Shown here: positions 57,235-61,482 of the stretch, piece by piece | How the letters are laid out: each line of letters starts with the position of its first letter | Numbering within the stretch: the first letter of the stretch is position 1 | Assembly (NCBI GenBank): GCA_014238095.1 | Contig: JABABT010000017.1 | Span: forward strand, 1-61,482 | Length of the DNA: 61,482 bases | Direction: 5' to 3' | Source of the DNA: Candidatus Aenigmatarchaeota archaeon | GTDB taxonomy: Archaea > Aenigmatarchaeota > Aenigmatarchaeia > CG10238-14 > SCSR01 | The notes under the pieces: generated by a model | Told to the model about the DNA's origin: nothing | What the model saw: only the letters and a program-made list of their open reading frames with translations | Databases searched by the model: none | Position numbers and translations under genes: made by a program

Positions 57235-57912
57235 ATGAAGATTCTTCAAACTGATTTTTTTGGAGATTCAAATATAGGTATATTTTCAAAAGTTTCAGAT
57301 AAATTTTTAATTATTGGTAATACTATACAAGATAAAGAGATAAATGATATAAGTAAAATTTTAAAAACCGAAATTTTAAAAACAACAATTTCAAATTCAG
57401 AAATAATTGGTATTTTTTCCGTGATAAATTCAAATGGGATAATTCTTCCAAGAATTGTAACAGATTCTGAATTAAAATCTTTTAAATCTTTTGGGAAAGA
57501 GAATGATATAAATATTGGTGTTATAAATTCTGTACATACATCTGTTGGTAATACAATTTTATGTAATGATAAAGGTGCTATTGTAAGTAAATTAATATCA
57601 TCAAATGATTGTAAGATAATTAAGGATTGTCTTTCTGTTGAAATTGATAATTCAACAATTGCTAACCTTAATAGTGTAGGTTCTTGTGGTATAGCAACAA
57701 ATGAAGGATGTGTTATTCATAGAGATTCTGAAGAAGAAGAAATTAATAAAGTTCAAGAAATACTTCATGTTGAAACAAATATAGGAACAGCTAATTTTGG
57801 ATCACCATTTATTGGAAGTTGTGTTATTGGTAACTCAAATGCTATAGTTGTTGGTAATGGTACAACTGGTCCGGAAATAACAAGAATTATGGAAACATTT
57901 AATTTAATTTGA
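57235..57912 (+). CDS. eif6: translation initiation factor aIF6
   Basis: 225 aa with a '[21 protein letters not shown]' start and a pentein repeat pattern. Confidence 0.9.
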   Translation: MKILQTDFFGDSNIGIFSKVSDKFLIIGNTIQDKEINDISKILKTEILKTTISNSEIIGIFSVINSNGIILPRIVTDSELKSFKSFGKENDINIGVINSVHTSVGNTILCNDKGAIVSKLISSNDCKIIKDCLSVEIDNSTIANLNSVGSCGIATNEGCVIHRDSEEEEINKVQEILHVETNIGTANFGSPFIGSCVIGNSNAIVVGNGTTGPEITRIMETFNLI

Positions 57913-58068
57913 TTTTTTTTCATTATCAAATATTGTCATATGACATTTTCCACAATATGATCTAGAATTATTTTTGTGTTGTGCCATATATACACCATCT
58001 CCACATCTAGGACAATTTTTATTTCCAGATTTTATTAAATCACTTGCTTTTATCGATTTGTGTTTCAT
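57904..58068 (-). CDS. rps27ae: ribosomal protein eS31 (S27ae), below ORF-track cutoff
   Basis: My translation is [54 protein letters not shown], a 'CPRCG...MA.H....CGKC' ribbon. It overlaps the S24e end by 29 nt and the aIF6 end by 9 nt. Confidence 0.8.
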   Translation of the reverse strand: MKHKSIKASDLIKSGNKNCPRCGDGVYMAQHKNNSRSYCGKCHMTIFDNEKKSN

Positions 58069-58327
58069 TTTTATTTTCCTCTTGTTTTTTCTCTTCTATT
58101 TTTGGTTTTTCATTTAAAATATTAATTTTTGCTATTGATTCTGTAATTCCTTTTTTTGTTGAAATAAAATTAATTATTATTTGTGATTCATCGACTCTAT
58201 TGGTTGTTGCTAATTCTTTCTTTAAATCTTTTTTTGATGGTGTTGTTTTATCATGTTTTATTAAAAGTGTAAAATCTTTTCTATTTAACAATAAATTATC
58301 TTTTTTTTCAATAATATCTATTTTCAT
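58040..58327 (-). CDS. rps24e: ribosomal protein eS24 (S24e)
   Basis: 95 aa with '[35 protein letters not shown]'. The S24e-S27ae synteny is conserved. Confidence 0.88.
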   Translation of the reverse strand: MKIDIIEKKDNLLLNRKDFTLLIKHDKTTPSKKDLKKELATTNRVDESQIIINFISTKKGITESIAKINILNEKPKIEEKKQEENKNETQIDKSK

Positions 58328-58331
58328 TTAA

Positions 58332-58520
58332 TCACTCAACATATAAAGCATATTTACCTTCTTCGTTAATATTTAATTTTCTAGCAACTTCACCTTCTGT
58401 ATTTAATATGAAAACTATACCTTTCCAAGTAACTGACATATTATTTGATTTACAAATAGGACATGCTTTTTCAATTGTAAATCTTTTACAGTTTCTACAA
58501 ACTTTGTTTTTTTTTGCCAT
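58332..58520 (-). CDS. spt4: transcription elongation factor Spt4 (RpoE'')
   Basis: 62 aa with zinc ribbon 'CRNCKR...CPICKS' and 'WKGIVFI'. Confidence 0.88.
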   Translation of the reverse strand: MAKKNKVCRNCKRFTIEKACPICKSNNMSVTWKGIVFILNTEGEVARKLNINEEGKYALYVE

Positions 58521-59107
58521 TATTTTTTAGCACCTGATTTTTTTCCTGTTTGTTTTCCCATTTTTTTCGCTCTTGTTATTCTATCATCTTCAATCCAAGA
58601 AATGGATCCTAGACCAGATTGTCTCATTGTTAAACCAATTTTATTTTCATCTGTGAACGAAATTGAAATTATTCTTGCACGAACCCTATCCCCTTTCTTT
58701 AATATACGTTTTGATTCTTTACCCAAAAATACTTCAGATCTACCATCATAACTTACATAATCATCCATTAATTGAGAAATATGAACAAGTCCATCCATTG
58801 GACCAATTCTAACAAATGCACCAAATTCTGTGTTATCAATTACTTCTCCATAAACTGTTTCATGTAATTCTGGTTTAAATGCTAAAATTTTGAAAGTTGT
58901 AGTATAATGAATTCCTGGATCACCTGCAAATATTCTACCTTCACCAATTGTATCAACATTAATAATAGAAAGAACAACACCTATTTTTGAATCTAAAAAG
59001 GATTCATATTTATCACAAATAGCTGCTTTTATAGCATCTTTTTTCTTAGATGAAAATTTATCAGGTGCAACTCTTATTTTATCTTCAATTGTTAAAATTT
59101 TGTACAT
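58520..59107 (-). CDS. rpoE: RNA polymerase subunit Rpo7 (E')
   Basis: 195 aa. 'MYKILTIEDKIRVAPDKF' start and S1 domain 'GEVIDNTEFGAFVRIGPMDGLVHISQ'. Confidence 0.92.
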   Translation of the reverse strand: MYKILTIEDKIRVAPDKFSSKKKDAIKAAICDKYESFLDSKIGVVLSIINVDTIGEGRIFAGDPGIHYTTTFKILAFKPELHETVYGEVIDNTEFGAFVRIGPMDGLVHISQLMDDYVSYDGRSEVFLGKESKRILKKGDRVRARIISISFTDENKIGLTMRQSGLGSISWIEDDRITRAKKMGKQTGKKSGAKK

Positions 59108-59172
59108 TTTTTACTCTCCAAATAATTATTTCTATTTGTTAATTTCAATAGCATTATTTATATAGATTTAGT

Positions 59173-59712
59173 TTATTGGTATTTTTCCTTGTATATTTTA
59201 ATAGAATTCATTATATATTTTTTTGCCTCTTCTTTTCCATCAAATCCAGTAACTTCTACCTTCTTTCCTTCCTTTATTTTATAATTTTCAAACCATTTTT
59301 TCATTTTATCAAGTTCTGATTTATCTAAATCATTTATATCATTAATATCTTTTTTTGTATGATCTTTTACTGGAACACAGATTATTTTATCATCTTTATC
59401 TCCATCATCAATCATATGCATAATTCCAATAGGTCTAGAATTGACCATTACACCTACTGTTGTTGGTTCATCAATAAGTAATATACCATCAGCAGGATCA
59501 CCATCATCTGCTAAAGTTTGTGGAATCAATCCATAATCCCATTCATATTTGAAAGGTTCATGTAATACTCTATCAAGAACTATTACACCAGTTTTATGAT
59601 CAAGTTCAAATTTATTTTGAGAACCTTTAATTATTTCTATTATTATTGATATTTCTTCTGGTGGGTTTTTTCCAGATGGTAATTCTTTCCAAATATTTTG
59701 CATTTTAATCAC
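59173..59712 (-). CDS. ppa: inorganic pyrophosphatase (family I)
   Basis: 179 aa with 'IIEIIKGSQNKFELD', 'YGLIPQTLADDGDPADGILL' and 'DDGDKDDKIICV'. Confidence 0.93.
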   Translation of the reverse strand: MIKMQNIWKELPSGKNPPEEISIIIEIIKGSQNKFELDHKTGVIVLDRVLHEPFKYEWDYGLIPQTLADDGDPADGILLIDEPTTVGVMVNSRPIGIMHMIDDGDKDDKIICVPVKDHTKKDINDINDLDKSELDKMKKWFENYKIKEGKKVEVTGFDGKEEAKKYIMNSIKIYKEKYQ

Positions 59713-60074
59713 TCTATAAATATTTTTTTACATCCACGTAGATATATACTTTTCAATTCTTTTCTTTTTAATCTTCTTCTTAAATTTGAATCATTAGTTG
59801 CTATAATATTATCTTTATTTGAAATTTTAACAAGTATATCATCTGCTAATCCTTTTTCTGTTTCTATAATTTCAAAATTTTCAATTATTTTAAGTGCAAC
59901 CATTGCATATTTACTATCTTTTTGTGTTCTTCTACCTGCTATACTTTTTAATTCTTTTATTACTTGATTTATTGTTGTTAATTTTGAATTTGGTATTAAA
60001 TAATTAAGATTTTCTATTGGTATTTTGAATCTTAATAAATCAATTATAAAATTTGTATCTATAATTATTTTCAT
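59709..60074 (-). CDS. PIN-domain protein, Fcf1/Utp24-like (COG1412)
   Basis: 121 aa with 'MKIIIDTNFIIDLL' and 'IIATNDSNLRRRLK'. Its position upstream of rpoE-spt4 is the conserved one. Confidence 0.8.
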   Translation of the reverse strand: MKIIIDTNFIIDLLRFKIPIENLNYLIPNSKLTTINQVIKELKSIAGRRTQKDSKYAMVALKIIENFEIIETEKGLADDILVKISNKDNIIATNDSNLRRRLKRKELKSIYLRGCKKIFIE

Positions 60075-60135
60075 ATTTATAATTTATATTCCTTATTAAA
60101 AATAAATTAACATTACATATAATTAATATTTTTTT

Positions 60136-60699
60136 TTAAAAATTACCATGTTTAGCTATTGGGAAATCTTTAATTGAAGTATTTGTAATATTTTGAATAG
60201 ATTTGTTTCTTGGTTTAATTTTATCTAATTCTGAATTAGAAATATTACATTTATAGATGAAACAATCTCTTATTTTAGAAAGATCAACAAAAGTTTCTGA
60301 TAATCTTGAATTATCAATATCAGAACTTATTATTTGATTTTTTTTATAGAATGAAGATATTAATGAATTATATAATTTTGATGATTTTACTTCTATTTTG
60401 TTGGAAACTTCTGATTTACCATAAATAATGGAATTATAACAAATTGCTCCTTTAATTATTTTGGAATTATCTTCTATTTTAGTTTTAAATCCATATACTA
60501 AAGAATCTTTATCAATCCATGCTTCATTATATTGAGATAAATTTTTTGAATATTCAATATAACCTCCTTCTTCTCCACGTTTTATATTACCAAAATCTTT
60601 GATAGCTTTAATTTTATGAAGAATATGTCCTTTATATTCTTTAATTTTTTCTCTTTGTATAATATATTTAAATTCATTTTCCATAAATTTAATTAACAA
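60136..60699 (-). CDS. YdcK-like left-handed beta-helix (hexapeptide-repeat) protein
   Basis: 187 aa. 'HKIKAIKDFGNIKRGEEGGYIEYSKNLSQYNEAWIDKDSLVYG' matches the N-terminal motif of bacterial YdcK as I remember it ('..DF.DVK.G..GGWV....LSQ.G.CWI.D.A...G'). Short I/V-x-G/N-like repeats follow. Confidence 0.5.
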   Translation of the reverse strand: MLIKFMENEFKYIIQREKIKEYKGHILHKIKAIKDFGNIKRGEEGGYIEYSKNLSQYNEAWIDKDSLVYGFKTKIEDNSKIIKGAICYNSIIYGKSEVSNKIEVKSSKLYNSLISSFYKKNQIISSDIDNSRLSETFVDLSKIRDCFIYKCNISNSELDKIKPRNKSIQNITNTSIKDFPIAKHGNF

Positions 60700-60805
60700 T
60701 TAAGATTTAAATTCTTAATTTTTCATAAAATAATATTTTTATGTTTAATTTCCATAGAATTTGTAATTATAGAATGTTTATATAGTAAAAATTCAAATGT
60801 AATGT

Positions 60806-61219
60806 ATGTCAAAAGGAGTATCAACAATAATAGCTACTTTATTGATGTTAGTAATAACAGTAGCTTTAGCAGGTACAGCATTTGGATACATTCAAGGAAT
60901 ATTTTCTACACAAGTAGAAGGTAATATTCAAATTGCTGATGTTACATGTAACTCAGATAAAGATATTAGAATAATAGTAAGAAATCTTGATCCAGTAAAT
61001 ACTGTTGACGCAAGTGATTTTATTGTTTCTATTGATGGTGTCTTACAAGATCCAGTAGATTGGAATAGAACACTTTCAACTACAGAAAATACTACAGTAC
61101 TAGATGCTGCTGGTAGAATAACAGGAACAATATATTCAACAGGATATGAAGGAACACAACAATTAAGACTTGTTGGTGGCGGAAATGCTGGAGCACTTGA
61201 AGCTTTAGTAACATGTTAA
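60806..61219 (+). CDS. archaeal type IV pilin (class III signal peptide, Pilin_N type)
   Basis: 137 aa starting 'MSKGVSTIIATLLMLVITVALAGTAFGY'. It is G/A/T/V-rich and visibly less AT-rich than its neighbours. Cys residues occur near the domain start and as the last residue. A TTTATATAG box lies about 25 nt upstream of the ATG. Confidence 0.8.
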   Translation: MSKGVSTIIATLLMLVITVALAGTAFGYIQGIFSTQVEGNIQIADVTCNSDKDIRIIVRNLDPVNTVDASDFIVSIDGVLQDPVDWNRTLSTTENTTVLDAAGRITGTIYSTGYEGTQQLRLVGGGNAGALEALVTC

Positions 61220-61244
61220 CTAATAAAAATTAATAAAAGAGAAA

Positions 61245-61267
61245 TTTTTTAATTTATTTTTTTTTTT
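61245..61267 (+). terminator. oligo-T terminator candidate after the pilin gene (T6 then T11)
   Basis: T6 at 61245-61250 and T11 at 61257-61267, 26-48 nt after the stop. Archaeal RNAP terminates at oligo-T. Confidence 0.5.
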
Positions 61268-61295
61268 ATTTATTTATAATTTTTAATATTATAAT

Positions 61296-61482
61296 TTATT
61301 GAATTATTCCATATCCAATTAATTTCCAATTCCCATTAATCAATCTAGAAATTACAACTCTTTCATTTTTATCTGCTGATATTGGAATTTTCAAATTAGT
61401 TTCAATATTATTTTGTTTCAATTTCTTTATTTCACCAACAGTTCTAGCAGAACCTACATTTAACAATAGATTCTCACCAACA
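61296..61482 (-). CDS. eif2g: translation initiation factor aIF2 gamma, C-terminal end only (runs off right edge)
   Basis: Not in ORF track. My translation is ...VGENLLLNVGSARTVGEIKKLKQNNIETNLKIPISADKNERVVISRLINGNWKLIGYGIIQ*. The '..RVVISR....W.LIGYG.I' end is characteristic of aIF2-gamma domain III. Confidence 0.75.
   Translation of the reverse strand, partial: VGENLLLNVGSARTVGEIKKLKQNNIETNLKIPISADKNERVVISRLINGNWKLIGYGIIQ

Noticed and set aside
58044-58331. A 95-aa plus-strand ORF that exactly mirrors the S24e gene.
   Set aside because: The minus-strand product is a recognisable eS24 in conserved S24e-S27ae-Spt4 synteny. The plus-strand product is Phe/Ser/Ile low-complexity sequence.
3760-59967. 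About 25 ORF-track entries of 62-112 aa lie antisense to or inside well-supported genes: 3760-4026, 4621-4887, 11183-11380, 13101-13307, 14591-14785, 16319-16579, 19414-19632, 19658-19855, 23762-23986, 27242-27520, 27474-27707, 33888-34184, 34539-34757, 38450-38680, 39157-39438, 40373-40693, 41419-41757, 43938-44174, 45386-45580, 45620-45826, 47085-47381, 48488-48739, 50034-50285, 52420-52656, 55286-55534 and 59698-59967.
   Set aside because: Each overlaps a gene with clear family motifs on the other strand. The translations are low-complexity (F/I/L/S/N-rich), as expected for the antisense of AT-rich coding DNA, and no motif is recognisable.
1-61482. CRISPR arrays, transposases/IS elements, integrases at the three tRNA genes, prophage or defence-system genes, rRNA genes, and inteins.
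   Set aside because: No regularly spaced direct repeats were seen. No DDE, tyrosine or serine recombinase-like ORFs were seen. No duplicated tRNA 3' halves that would mark att sites were seen. aIF5B and the other common intein hosts are uninterrupted.

Overview
Extremely AT-rich (about a quarter G+C by eye), very gene-dense archaeal chromosome segment. Every recognisable gene is archaeal-type: class I LysRS, aIF5B/aIF6/aIF2-gamma, thermosome, 20S proteasome, exosome Rrp4/41/42, RNase P protein subunits, Rpo7/Spt4/RpoP, Orc1/Cdc6, Mre11-Rad50, FEN1 and aCPSF1. Proteins are short and Asn/Lys/Ile-rich, and convergent genes abut or overlap. This fits a small-genome DPANN-type (Nano/Pace/Woesearchaeota-like) archaeon, but that assignment is inference. 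All three stop codons are used as stops, and GGTG/GGAGG Shine-Dalgarno motifs are common. I call about 75 protein genes, five of them below the ORF-track size cutoff, plus 3 tRNAs: Arg-CCU, intron-containing Ile-UAU and Pro-UGG. I saw no rRNA, CRISPR array, transposase, integrase or reverse transcriptase. Most of the window is housekeeping, including a rearranged exosome/proteasome/RNase P 'superoperon' at 45981-57912. Accessory content worth a second look: (1) a 7.4-kb nine-gene type IV pilus operon (30460-37870) with four KGQ-type prepilins, a split TadB/TadC-like platform, an A16 tract inside its largest gene and a tandem repeat at its promoter; (2) rad50, whose Walker-A N-terminus lies upstream of any ATG/GTG/TTG start; (3) rrp4, interrupted by an in-frame TAA ahead of a still-conserved C-terminus; (4) a 1139-aa sequon-laden surface protein beside polyprenyl-carrier genes; (5) a stand-alone pilin plus a bacterial-type YdcK-like gene inserted in a conserved cluster; (6) a GC-rich intergenic island that may be a small RNA. 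All identities come from motif recognition and synteny by eye; no searches were run.
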